Below the pieces are notes generated by a model. The model did no database searches and was not told the DNA's origin. It worked only from the letters and a program-made list of their open reading frames with translations. Shown here piece by piece: positions 37,422-51,400 of a stretch of DNA of 64,000 nt. Origin of the DNA: Raja brachyura. Taxonomy: Eukaryota. Each line of letters starts with the position of its first letter. Position 1 is the first letter of the stretch. The stretch covers positions 10,788,001 to 10,852,000 of the forward strand of contig OY740818.1 in assembly GCA_963514005.1 (NCBI GenBank), given 5' to 3'. Position numbers and translations under genes: made by a program.

Positions 37422-39362
37422 TTAACCATATAACAATTACAGCACGGAAACAGGCCCTCTTGGCCCTTCCAGTCCGTGCCGACCATTTATTTTCCCCTAG
37501 TCCATCTACCTGCACTCAGACCATACCCCTCCATTCCCTTCCCGTCCATATACCTATCCACTTTATTTTTAAATGTTAAAATCGATCCTGCCTCCACCAC
37601 TTCTGCTGGAAGCTCATTCCGCACAGCCACCACTCTCTGAGTAAAGAAGTTCCCCCTCATGTTACCCCTAAACTTCTGTCCCTTAATTCCCATGTCTGGC
37701 CCTCTTGTTTGAATCTTCCCTACCCTCAATGGGAAAAGCTTATCCACGTCAACTCTGTCTATCCCTTTCATCATTTAAAAAACCTCAATCAAGTCCCCCC
37801 TTAACCTTCTGTGCTCCAAAGAATAAAGACCTAACTTGTTCAACCTTTCTCTGTAACTTAGTTGGTGGAACCCAGGCAACATTCTAGTAAACCTCCTCTG
37901 TACTCTCTCTATTTTGTTGACATCTTTCCTATAATTAGGCGACCAAAATTGTACACCATACTACAGAATTGGTCTTACCAATGCCTTGTACAATTTTAAC
38001 ATTACTTCCCTACTCCTATATTCAATGCTCTGATTTATAAAGGCCAGCACACCAAAAGCTTTCTTTACCACCCTATCTACATGCGATTCCACCTTCAGGG
38101 AACTATGCACAGTTATTCCTAGATCCCTCTGTTCCACAGCATTCCTCAACTCCCTACCATTTACCATGTACGTCCTATTTTGATTTGTCCTGCCAAGATG
38201 TAGCACTTCACACTTATCAGCATTAAACTCCATCTGCCATCTTTCAGCCCACTCTTCCAAATGGCCCAAATCTCTCTGTAGACTTTGAAAATCTACTTCA
38301 TTATCCACAACACCACCTATCTTAGTATCATCTGCATACTTACTTATCCAATTTTCCACCCCATCATCCAAATCATTGATGTACATGACAAGCAACAGTG
38401 GACCCAACACAGATCCCTGAGGCACCCCACTGGTCACCAGCTTCCAACCTGACAAACAGCCATCCACCATTACTCTCTGGCATCTCCCATTCAGCCACTG
38501 TTGAATCCATTTGCTACTCCGCCATTAACACCCAAAGATTGAACCTTCTTAACCAACCTTCCATGGGGAATCTTGTCAAAGGCCTTACTGAAATCCATAT
38601 AGACAACATCCACTGCTTTACCCTCATCAATTTCCCTAGTAACCTCTTCAAAAAATTCAAGAAGGTTTGTCAAACATGACCTTCCAGGCACAAATCCATG
38701 TTGACTGTTCCTGATCAGACCCTGTTTATCCAGCTGCTTATATATATTATATCTAAGTATCCTTTCCATTCATTTGCCCACCACTGACGTCAAACTAACA
38801 GGTCTATAATTGCTAGGTTTATTCTTTGAACCCTTTTTAAACAATGGAACAACATCGCAGTACGCCAATCCTCCGGCACTATTCCCGTTTCTAATGACAT
38901 TTGAAATATTTCTGTCATAGCCCCTGCTATTTCTACACTAACTTCCCTCAATGTCCTAGGGAATATCCTGTCAGGACCTGGAGACATCCACTTTTATATT
39001 TTTCAAAAGTGTCAGTACTTCCTCCTCTTTGAATCTCATAGTTTCCATAGCTACTCTACTTTTTTCCCTTACCTCACAGAGTTCAATATCCTTCTCGTTG
39101 GTGAATACCGAAGGAAATAAATTGTTCAATATCTCCTCCATCTCTTTTGGCTCTGCATATAGCTGTCCATTCTGGCTCCCCAATGGTCCAATTATATCCC
39201 TCGTTATCCTTTTGCTATTAATATAACTGTAGAAACCCTTTGGATTTACTTTAACCTTTCTTGCCAAAGCAACCTCATATCTTCTTTTAGCCTTTCTAAT
39301 TTCTTTCTTAAGATTCTTTTTACATTCTTTATACTCCTTTAGCACCTCATTTACTCCATGCC
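37422..39362 (-). mobile_element. CR1 LINE (HER1-like), ~1.9-kb 5'-truncated, relatively young
   Basis: ORFs contain SPGPDRIFPR, QHGFVPGRSCLTNL...YMDFSKAFDKIPH and SGVPQGSVLGPLL...YADDTKI, split by frameshifts. 3' UTR and short tail present. Confidence 0.95.
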
Positions 39363-42300
39363 TTAGCAAAATAATTTGCAATGGAAAGAGAATAATTTGA
39401 AGATGTCAGATATTAGCACAGATAACAGTAGGCAGGTGAATATTAAAATAAATTCCATATCCATTTTGCGTCAATAAAGAAAGAAATCATATAATTCATG
39501 AATATTAAAGCATTTTAGGATTTTTGGACTCCATTCCAAAATTTTATTTTAACAAGGTGCCCCATTTAAATTAAAGGATTTAATGAAATGGCAAAATGTA
39601 AACATAATAGTGTGTTTTATTACTTTGGGGGATCAGGGAAAATATTACTAATAAGGTAAATTCTATACATGGCAGCTGTGTGAATGAGAATTAATGATGT
39701 AATAAACTATGAAAATAAAGTTGTGTGATTCATAAAATAAAAATCACAGAGATTATGTTACAGTCTGAAGTACATTTGTAGACCGCTGAGTAATTTTGCC
39801 ACGAGTTAATTTTCATTTTTACTGCCACTGTTATACTTGGATGCTTGGATCACCAGTGTTTTATTTTAAACTTTAATTATGAAAATAGCAGAATGCAGGT
39901 ATGGAATGTATTTCTGAATAAATGAACATGTTCAATGCACAGAACTTTAGTTAAAATCATACCTTTGGGCCCGAGATTATTGAGCATGCAGGGACAAAGG
40001 GGGATGGATTTGAGATTTGTGAAAAACACTGTTCACAAGGTATGAACATTGCTGACAATGATGCCTGCATTTATTGGCCATTCCTAAATGACGTTAAAAG
40101 GGCCGGTCGAAGGGCCGAATGGCCTCCTCCTGCACCTATTTTCTATGTTTCTATGTTAATACATAGAAGTCTTCTCACTGCCCACAACACTGCCAATTTC
40201 CAAGTCATTAGTAAACTAAGTTTAGGGGTAACTAAGTAAACACAAGAAAGAATAGAGGGTTATGTTGAAGCTTATATGAGGTACAAACTCTGGTAAGGGT
40301 CATTTCGAGCAAATGGCTTGTTTCTGTGCTGTACATTATATACAATTCTATTGTTAATGATTCTACTAAAATGGTGAAGAACAGAATAACCTCTGAGCAA
40401 TATTGGTTTACCAAAACTATCAATTGTACATTTTTAGGTGTACTGTTTGATAAGCGATTTCATTGATATTAATTATTTATAAATCTAATAACCAGTTACC
40501 AGTGTAGATAAACATATGTCTTATTTTACATGCAGAGTTTACTTTTCTCGTTTCATTGCATTTGGTGAAATCAAAAAGTATTGCTGTGGGATTAGAAACA
40601 TTTTAAAGGTATAATTCAGTTTGGTATTTTATCAAACAAGTTTTTTTGCTTATTTACCTCAGTTATGGTCAAGGTCTCTTCACATTTATACTGAATTGTA
40701 TTTGTGTGTATTTTAAATTAAAAAAAATAAATAATGTCCTAATTGTACCAAAAAAATCGACATTACAGCTCCATAATGTAGCATGTGAAATGAAGGGATA
40801 TAATTTATTGTTGTTTCACCTATCTATTCTGATAACTGACTAGGATTAAGTTAATTTTCAGGATTAGATTACTTTTGTACTGCCAACGCATCAATTAAAT
40901 GACAGTTTTTCACACGAGATAAAAAATAAGTAAATACATATTGCTATCTGACCTCTAGATCTATTTCCTGACAAATTCAACTTTTGCAATTCTTAATCCT
41001 AAAAATAGACACCGATGCAGAGATGAATCATTCTTTTTTTAATTAATTAATTCATTCATTCATTGGATATACCCTCTAAGTCCATTTGTTTAATATTCGG
41101 AATATACCTATTTAGGTTGGAAGCTCTGATTAACATGGTTCTTTAGGTTTGTGCAAAGAGGCAGGGTCAATAATTAGGTTCAATTGTTAAAAGAAAATTG
41201 TTCAGTTTCTGATATCAGTTTGTGTTGTATTCAGCCAAATTAATTGCTTGGTTGATTATTGCATGCAGAGAGATCAAGATGTGCCTCATTTACAGTGAAG
41301 AATTACAATAGTCCATTTGCATTAAATGGAAGTGCTTTGGCGTGGGATATGCTGTGGTTACATTGTAGACCAAATTTGAATGTAAATGCTGGCACACAAT
41401 TAATTGATCCAGTAAGCTTGTACTGTGGTGCTCAAAAGTCTCACTTATAGCTTCTATTTATCTGATGAAAGGCTTCAAATCTGAACAATGGGGGTATCAA
41501 CTTTAAAAAAAATCTAAACATTGAATAAGTTTTATTTAGTTATATATATTGTAGGAATAAACATTGCAATGTGAGGAATTCTCAGTCACTCTTTCTTTAA
41601 TACTTATCTATGTGAATAAGATCACCTAAGTGACAAAAAACGTAATCTTATTTGATATTAGTCCTGAAAAACATATTCTATTTTGGAAAAAAGTACTTTG
41701 TAACAAAGTGAAAGTGTATTAAGCAAAAAGAATAATTAAAAAATGATCAGCATAAATTTATCTTTGAGTCTTAAACTTTGTACCTGCCAAGTATAATGTT
41801 GTGATGATGAATTAAGAACAGATTTGCAATATTTTGCAACACCCATTTCTCTTATAATCCTCTCTTTGGTCAGAGCAATGTATTTATTCCAATAAGAAAT
41901 GTCCATGCTGCGGCCATTGATGAGATATTATAAATCGGTTTTTTTTTCAGATATGTTTGAATTATGGAAATAGCTCATTAAGTAACTGGTTGCAAGCTGT
42001 CTTAATGCTTCTTTCGTTAAAGGCTCCACCAGTTCCTGACACCTTAATCAGATTATTACATAAATCCTTCAAGTCAGATTTTGTAGCAAATGGTTTCAGC
42101 CTGTAACAGTTACCATTTGGCCCCAAAGATGGTTTGATTGTTATACTTGGTTAACCATTGCCTGGGTTGGTAGAACCTGCTGCAGATGGCTGATTAAGTC
42201 ATGAAGAAAAATGCATAAGTAAACTTATACCTCGATTGATTAAAATTATGACAAAATATTTTCTCAATCCAAATTGTAACATATGCATCTTCCAACACCA

Positions 42301-42808
42301 TTTTTCTGCAGTACGTTCTCTAATCCGCATTTGAATGGATTAATTTGATCTCAAAGACAGGTTATGGTGCCCATCATTTCAACCAAAGTGGAGTATAGGG
42401 ACACCCCAGGTTATAAATGACCTGATTTACATAAATCTCACTTAATGCAAGTTCTCCCATACATTTTAAAAACATTTTTCAAGATTGGAATAATAATTAA
42501 ATGTTTTGTGGTGTTCATTAATAACTGATGCATTTGATGTATTTGGTTATTTTAATTATGGATTATGTTAGGGTGATATTTGAATAAAGAAAGAATTGCA
42601 AGTGTACGTTAAGTAATACCATATAGGTACCTATGGAAAATGGTGTTTCTAACATGGAGAAATTAGCTTACAAATAGTTCTCAGACCTGTATTTGTTTTG
42701 GGGGACTGTACTATAATACTGCATTGTGTACATCCCCACCAAAATTATTGCTGCAAATTACCCCCAAAAAGTGGTGGTTTCCACTTAGCCAATCTCAAAA
42801 CTAGCCAT

Positions 42809-43004
42809 GGGTTACACAAAGAGCTGGAGAAACTCAGCGGGTGCAGCAGCATCTAAGGAGCGAAGGAGATAGGCGACGTTTCCGGTCGAGACCCTTCTTC
42901 AGACTATCTCCTTCGCTCCTTAGATGCTGCTGCACCCGCTGAGCTTCTTCAGCTTTTTGTGTAACCCTCGATTCTCCAGCATCTGCAGTTCCTTCTTTAA
43001 CACA
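42809..43004. mobile_element. Penelope-derived fold-back mini-element
   Basis: 63-bp inverted arms (42809-42871 / 42905-42967, 3 mismatches). 13-bp TSD caaaactagccat (42796-42808, 43005-43017). Confidence 0.85.
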
Positions 43005-43433
43005 CAAAACTAGCCATAGTTGGGATCTGCCACTAGTTTGAGCAAACTCTTGCTGAGGCCTGCATTCACATTACTCAGGAACAAATGGAAACACGTCTCT
43101 TTGACAAGCTATCTTCATGAGAAAATGAGATGCCCATAACACTCAGAATATCCAAAGTTTTAAAGCCAGAAAAAATAAAGTTGTTTGCTGGAGGGGCATG
43201 TAACTACCTCCACCTTAAAGGTAAATGGCATGCATGTTCCGAAAAATCTATTTGACTTTGAGAATTGCCACCAGCATTTAAGTTTCTGTATGCTTTATAC
43301 CATTCTTGAATGTCATCAATGTCATAAAGTTTGAATTATCTGAAGTACATCTCAAACTCATCATGGAAAGATCGATTAAGTATTTAGCCATCAATAATGT
43401 AAGCCAACTATTTTACTTAAGCAAACTTACATA

Positions 43434-44615
43434 CAGTGCATTCAGAAAGGATTCACACCCCTTTACTTTTTCCACATTTTGTTACGTTACAGCCTTATTT
43501 TAAAATGGATTAAATTCATTTTTTTATCATCAATCTACACACAATACCCCAGAATGAAGAAGCAAAAACAGGTGTTTAGACATTTTTGCAAAGTAATTAA
43601 AAATAAATAACTGAAATATCACATTTACATACGTATTCAGACCCTTTGTTATGACACTCAAAATTGAGCTTAGGTGCATCCTGTTTCCATTGATTATCCT
43701 TCAAATGTTTCTACAACTTCATTGGAGTCCACCAGTGATAAATTAAATTGATTGTACATTATTTGGAAAGTCACACACATGTCTACATAAGGTCCCACAG
43801 TTGACAGTGCATGTCAGAGCAAGAACCAAGCCATGAAGACGAAGGAATTGTCTGTAGACCTCGGAGACAGGATTGTGGAGAGACACAGATCTGGGAAAGG
43901 GTATAAAACAAGTTCTGCAGCATTTCAGGTCCCGAAGAGCACAGTGGGCTCCTTCATTCTTAAATGGAAGAACTTTGGAGCCACTTCATAGAGCTGGCCG
44001 TCCGGCCAAACTGAGCAATCGGGGGAGAAGGGCCTTGGTCAGGGAGGTGACCAAACACCCGATGGTCACTCTGACAGAGCTCCAGAGTTCCTTTGTGGAA
44101 ATGGGAGAACCTTCCAGAAGGACAACTATATCTGCAGCACTCTGCCAATCAGGCCTTTATGGTAGAGTGGCCAGACTGAAGCCACTCCTCAGTAAAAGGC
44201 GCATGACAGTTTGCCAAAGGGCACCTAAAGGACTCTCAGACCATGAGAAACAAGTCTGATGAAACCAAGATTGAACTCTTTGGCCTGAATGCCAAGTGTC
44301 ACGTCTGGAGGAAACCAGGCACCGCTCATTACCTGGCCAATATCATACCTACGGTGAAGCATGGTGGTGGCAGCATCATGCTGTGGGGATGTTTTTCTGT
44401 GGTGGAAACTGGAAGACTAGTCAGGGAAAGATGAATGGAGCAAAGTACAGAGATCCTTGATGAAAACATGCTCCGGAGCATTCTGGACCTAAGACTGGGG
44501 CGGAGGTTCACCTTCCAACAGAACAATGACTCAAAGCACACAACCAAGACAACACAGAGTGGCTTTGTGACAATCTGTGAATGTCCTTGAGTGGCCCAGC
44601 CAGAGCCCGGACTTC
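43434..44615 (+). mobile_element. Tc1-like DNA transposon, 3'-truncated, frameshifted transposase
   Basis: ta|cagtgcattcagaaag left end. Transposase from ATG 43833 (MKTKEL...GRPAKLS...[10 protein letters not shown]...[16 protein letters not shown]...QQNND...WPSQSPD). Confidence 0.92.
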
Positions 44616-45924
44616 ATTCGCTGCAATTGAATAATAGGCACTTGAACGTCCTGGCGGAGCAGAGAGAAAATTGTGGTAGGTGTAGCAGGGTAATCCTTTT
44701 TGAATATCCTTAGTGAGAAAGCTCTCCATTGTGGAAAAACGAACTGCATTAGTTGTGGATTGAGACTAGATTGTAGTCACTGGTATATGGCCTGTTTAAC
44801 TGGTGTGGTGCGTACCAGACAGGAAGCTCAGTCTGGAATAGTCATCATCACAAATATAAATACCTACCTGCTGCTGAATGTCATGAATTTTAGTCATGCT
44901 TGTAGACAGAAACACCAGTTTTGGCTCACAGCTATACCGCAATCTCCAACTGTTCCTGTTCCAGATAGTTGTTTCTATTTAAAATAAGAAATGTATCTCC
45001 ATCCTTAAAACAAATTTACTTGAAATAGTGAAAAGTAAAACTGGAGCTTTATATTGGTAAGAAAGCTATATGCTGAAAAATTGTAACAGAAAGGCAAAAA
45101 AAAATGTGCATGGATCTGAATTTGATTGTGCTATAAACATTATCACTGCCTGTTGTTCTGGCCAACTATTAACGACAACTAACATCACTGGAAAAGATTA
45201 CAGTAAAACTCAGATAATCTGGTATCCAGTTGTTCAGAACACTCAACGGTTCAGCATATGGCTTGCTCATTAGTACACTAAGTCCTTGTTATCCTTAGAC
45301 CTCCTCTCTACAGATCCACATAAACTCATCTGTTCCTGAGAGTGTGAAACAGACGTGCAGCCATCGTTTGGATTGGGAAAACTCGGGTTCCAGAACATGG
45401 GTAGGTGTGTGGTTGGAGCTGGAATCCAATGAGCAATCTGGTATCTGGAGTGCCAGTACATTTACCCTTCGGTCAACACAAGGTGCTGGAAGAACCCAAA
45501 GGGTCAGGCAGCATCTGAGGATGAAATGGATCGGCAATGATTCAGATCGGAACCCTTCTTCAGACCCTCCTTGTGTCTAACGAAATGTCCCAACCCAAAA
45601 TATTGCTTGTGCATTCCCTCCAGGGTGCTGCCTAACTTGCTGAGTTCCTTTGTGTTTTGTGTTTGAACAAAGATTTGCAGTTGCTTGTGCCTGCATTTAC
45701 AGTTTGCAAGCTGAAACTCACCTGGTTCCGTTTTGAACTCACTGGTGCTCAGTTTTCCACTTCCTTCAAATTCACTAGGTTCACTGGAAAATTTACCATA
45801 GCTCAATTTTTTAAAAAAAGGAAAAGTGCTTTGGGGTGCATGAAAAACATACAATACTATGGACACTCTGCTAGTCTGGCACCATCAAAATTCAGAAGGA
45901 GCTTGATTAGTTTAATTCCGAGGT

Positions 45925-46186
45925 ACATTGTAGCCCTTTGGCCCACCGAGTCCGTGTCGACCAGTAATCACCCATACTCAAGTTCTATCCTACACATGGG
46001 ACAATTTACAGAAACCAATTAACCTACAAACTTGCACATCTTTGGAATGCGCTAGGAATCTGGAGCACTGGAGAAAACCCACAAAATCACAGGGAGAACG
46101 TACAAACTCTACAGACAGTACCTGTAGTCAGTATCGAACCATGATCTCTGGCGCAGTAAGGTGACAACTCTACCACTGTGCCGGTG
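45925..46186 (-). mobile_element. V-SINE (HE1-like)
   Basis: ggcccaccgagtccgtgtcgacc...ccaattaacctacaaac...ggagaaaaccca...caactctaccactgtgcc. Confidence 0.82.
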
Positions 46187-47379
46187 CCACCTTATCAACA
46201 GTTAGTATGCCAAAGTAGGTTTTATTACTGTAAGAAAATGTAAACAATGGGAAAATTGGTAAAGAGCAGACAAAAAAATATTTTAGTTCAATAACAGCAA
46301 AATGCACATGGACATGCCAATTGTTGTTCTTTTGAGGTTTAGGAATGGCTTTTTCCCAGCACAATTCTGAAATTGCCCACAGATGACCGAGAGTTGTATT
46401 GCCTTGTACATATAAGAAGCTGTTTATTTTTAAGTTCAAGGTTTTATTGGACGGGATATTGCACTCTGGAGCATTGAGGATGGTTAGACTTGGAGGTAAG
46501 ATCACAGCTGCAAAATACAATCTAAACAATCTGGTGAAAAACAATCACCGTTACTTCAGGATGTATTGAAAATAAAGGAGATATACAAAATGAGGGCCAA
46601 AAAATTAATGTTGCATAGAATTTTTAAATTTAATTCTAAACTTAGCCTTTCAGGTTGGAACGGGTCACCTCCCATCACAATGTGCCATATACTGTACCTG
46701 CCTACTTTGAACATTAATAACTATAATGTTAATTATATTTCAGTAAGCCCATTTGAAATGCCTAAATTTGCTTACGTTCTCATTTTTTTGCATTAGCGCA
46801 TTCCACCACCACTAATTCAAAAGCGGAGCGATCGAATTCTGGCCCATTGGTTAAAAAGAAAAGTATTAGGTTTGTTATAAGACTACATTGACATGCAAGC
46901 TTCAATCCAGTTGTGGCACATGCAAAGCTCAGGTGACCTAGCCAACGATGATTTTACAGAAATGCACAGTGCTTGTTGACTCACTTGACTGAAATGCTGT
47001 ATGATATCCTGTCCTGACCCCTGCTGGCAGCTCACCGACTAAAAAACTGACAAACCAACTGCTCACAATGTACATATTTGTAAAACTATAGAATTCCACA
47101 GTTTGGGAGGAGGCCATTTAGCTCATCATGCCAATGCAGCTCTTTGAAAGAGCTAGATTAGTTAATAGTCATATACACCAGGGTGCAATTAAATTTAATG
47201 TTCACAGAGTAAACATTATACATGCAGTAATGATAAATACAAGAAAAATACAAACCGCAGAATGGTGCAAGATTGTAATGCAAAGTTTGAGTAATGCAAA
47301 AGAGTATTGAAGTACAAATATAACCAAATAAGGTAATGTTAAGAGTAAGAGTACGTGGCAGCATTTCTATGAATGAGGC

Positions 47380-48405
47380 TTTGAAAGAGATGCTTAGTTC
47401 AGCTGTTGGTTAGCAATGGGAGAAAAGCTATTCTGAGGTATGGACACCCAAGCTATCAAGTTCATATTTTCTCCATAAGGGAGAAAAGGAAATGGCTAAA
47501 GTGACAGGCATCCTTGATAATACTTCCAGCCCTCCCAATGCAAAACACCACGCGCGAAGGACTGGATGGATGGAAAAAGCAAATCACGACAGACTTGGCG
47601 GTGTTCACCACTCTCTGCAGGTTCATGCGGTCAAGAGTTAAGCAGTTGCCATACCGGGCTGAAATGCAATCTGTCAGAATACTTTCCATTGTGCATCTGT
47701 AGAGGTTCAAGCCAATCCTCATGGACATGCTGAATTATCTTGGATGCCTAAGAAAGTAAATGCGCTGAAGCATTTTCTTGATTACCACATCAGTATGAAG
47801 GGACCAGGTTAGGTTCCTGGTGATACGGCTGCCTAAGAACTTGAAGCTGTCGACCAACAGCTGTTGATGAAGCCAGTGTTATGTTCACCCTCTTTTTTTT
47901 GGACAACGACCAGTGTTATTAGTATCCAGACATCATGATATTAGGTTCTTGATCTCTTTCTTGCACATTGTCATATTGTAGATCCGACTGACAGCGGTGA
48001 ATTTAAAAATTGAGTTGGCATTGTAATTGGCCACATATTCATCAGTGTACAGCAGAACAATGCACTGAACACACAACCCATGTTGAAGGTCTGGGTAGCA
48101 GAAATGTTATGACCAATTGTAACTGACTGAGGTCTGCCAGTCAAGAATTCCAAGACCCAAAGATCCAGAAGTTTAAGGATGACCTTATTTGGAATTCTGG
48201 TGTTGATGGCCATGTTGTAGTCAATAAATAGCATCCTGACATAAGAATTCTTATTGTCAAGGTGATCCTGGACTGAATATAGTGCAAGAAAGATGGTATC
48301 CTCCATAGACCTATGTTTCTTGTATGTGAATTGCTGGGGTGTTGAGATTGTCTGGAAGATAGGTGCAAATGTAGGCCATTAGCCATCTTTCAAAGCACTT
48401 CACGT
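47380..48405 (-). mobile_element. Degenerate Rex1/Babar RT fragment
   Basis: ORFs contain HLDNKNSYVRMLFIDY...FLTGRPQSV and YRCTMESILTDCISARYG...LQRVVNTA. Confidence 0.8.
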
Positions 48406-51400
48406 GTTCAACGTTAGAACTTATTGGGTGGTACTTATTGCAAGGTCACTATTTTTGTTGAGCTCTCCATTTGTACTGCGTATGATCCATGACATTTAAA
48501 ATCTGAAAATCTCAATGAAGCGACTGCCTTTTATTTTCTTTTTCCTTTGTTTAGGTATAGATTTTTCTAATTTTCAGGTTACATGCATTCTTTTATTTGA
48601 AGTCGATGATTCTATAACTGGAATTAAATCAAACAAAAAAGTTGAATCATCAAATTCAATGAAACTATGATATTCTAGCTTTTGCACTTGATTTTTGTTA
48701 TTTATTGCACAAACTTACTTGGACTGGACCCTGAGGGTATACGACATGTAATGTAATTCTTAATTCTTGCAGGGTTTTGGCTATTAACATTTCCCCCACA
48801 GTATTGGACATTAATTATTTGGCAATTTTTTTGTCAATGGAAATCGGTATATTTTTGGATTTGTTTTTTGCTAATACTTTTTTCCTGGAAAGTTATTGCT
48901 AAAATGAAAGATTTAATAGATCATGATTGTTTGCTAAGTCACGAGAAAGCCAACTGTGAAAACATTTGATCATTAGCATTCACAACCAGAACACATAAAT
49001 AGCTCTTCAAATGTCAACTTTCACAGGGACCTAGAAAACTGGTGGCACTTTTGGCTTGAATATCAAGTCTGAATTTCACGTTGGCCAATGAAGTGCTTCG
49101 AAGTAACAGTTACAGGAAACAAGGACATCATTACAAATCTGTGCATACATTTATTTCATCATTCTCCTTGTTGTGGACTCGCTTCCATATGTTTATTGCA
49201 ATAAATAATTGTGAGCATGTGGAACAATTGAATAAGACATCATGGAACAGCAATTGCTGCAAAGATGAGTTTTGGTGTGATTAAAATGAAATTACTCACT
49301 ATTATTTGAGCTACGACTTCTTAGAAATGTTGGTGGCTGTGGAACCTTATGTCTTCTAGTTGTATCTGTGTGAAATAATTTTTTTTTTTTTTTTAAAAAG
49401 CATGGATGAAAAGAAAAGGCAAAGTAAGGATAAAACAAAAACGAAAAAGTAGAGATCTTTGTAATTTAGTTGCTTGGTTTATGGTGCACTAACTCTGGAG
49501 AGTTTTATGGCAGGATTTAAATGTGAAACGTATATTTACATTTATTGATCAAAAACAATATGGCCACTTGTCTAATGATTAGGAAAGGTGGACCACCCAG
49601 TTTGTGTCATAGAACAGCTGGACAATGAATTATTTTCTTGAACCTTTTCTGCTAATGGTACTGTTAAGAAGGGTGTTACAGGATTTTGGTCCAAAAACTA
49701 TGAAGCAATATACTTTAAAATTCAGCATTGTGCGGCTTGGAATGTAATAGCAGATGATACTGTTCCCATGTGCCTGTTTCGTGTGTTTTTCTAGATGGTA
49801 AAGCTTGTGGTCCTGTCAAAAAGGCCATGGCATTTGACTGCTGTGCAGGGGTAGAAGAGTGAGTCAGTATTTAAGTTGTTGATCAAGCAGACTTTGTATT
49901 GGTCTGAATGATATTTAGTTCCTTGAATGTTGTTAGAACTTCTGATCCAAATTTCTAATTCCCTGATCCCGGCTAGTTCATTTTTACCTTGGGCATGCAA
50001 CATGATACATCCCTAATACATCCAGTCCAGGTCAGGAGGATGTTTGTCTTTTTACTTGTTACCTTTTTTACTTGTCCATGGTTTGATTGTACTCATGGTT
50101 TGTGTGATTTGCCTGGATTGCACACAAAGCAATGTTTTTCAATGTATTCTAATACACATGACAATAATAAACCAATACCAAACATTGGTTCATTCTGTTT
50201 AAGAGTCTGCAACAAGAAGTATGTCAAATGCTAATAACTTGCATCATTGCAGTGATAGAAAGGATTGCAAACAATATATCGAACTGGAATTAGACAAAAA
50301 GTTGGAGTAACTCAGCGGGTCAGACAGCATCACTGGAGAAAGGGAATAGGTGACATTTCGGGTTGAGACCCTTCTTCGGACTGGAATGGTCTCTGAGAAT
50401 TAAAGCAAAGTCTTAAAAACCCAATTAATTTCCTGCTGTATCTAAGATTTTGGTCATTTTTACATTAATTTTGAACAAGTATAATGTGTAGAACTTTGCT
50501 TTTGGTTTATGACTATTCTTTGGAACTATTATTAAGGTAATCTATGACCAGGTGCCCAACCAGGCACTTGGGCCAAAACCAGGTGGCACATCTACTAACA
50601 ATGAAAGCATTGTCATAGATGTCAAATGTTTAATGAAAAATTATACCAAACCACACTTTCTTTTGAATGGACAAAAGATATTCCTTAGTACTGTATCAAG
50701 TAGTGAGTATTCAATCTAGTGTTATCCCTCAAGCAACATTTATCATGCATCTGGGCATTATCACTTTTTTTCCAGGATGTCACGGTCCAAATGACAAATG
50801 TGTTTTCCACTTTGTAACAGATGCTGGTTTGCAGAGATCCATTAAGATGATAGATGAATGTAGCAAGATCTTGTAGTACAAGTGTACCATATTTAAGTGA
50901 CTCTTGGAGTATTTGCTTGATCTTTTACACCAGTAAATTACTATCACCTCATGTATTTCTGTGGGTGTATCTGCACTGTCATATGCACTATTGAGCAGTG
51001 AATATCCACTCTGCTTAGATGGAAGGAAAAGTTTAGAGAAAAATGGAAGTTGATGGATTTTGTTTTTGTGCATCAGAGAAGCGGCAATTTGGGAAAATAC
51101 AATACAGTAACCCAGAAACGTTCCTATTCACATGTAAAGTGAGGTAAATGAGTATTCTTGCTGTCTTGACTAGTCTAATTTGTTTCAAATGGTTAAAGTT
51201 TGCACATCTTTATCATTTATTGGGAACTGTTGCCAGCACAACAGGCTGCCTCGGGGACTGTTCACACAGTGCACAATAGTTTCAAGCTCACCACGTGCAT
51301 TCCTTTTTTTATAAATGAAAAGAATTTGAGTTGAATGATTCCCATATAATGGAGGGGTCTTGACCCTGCACCGCAACATTCAACATCCTGCCATATTATT

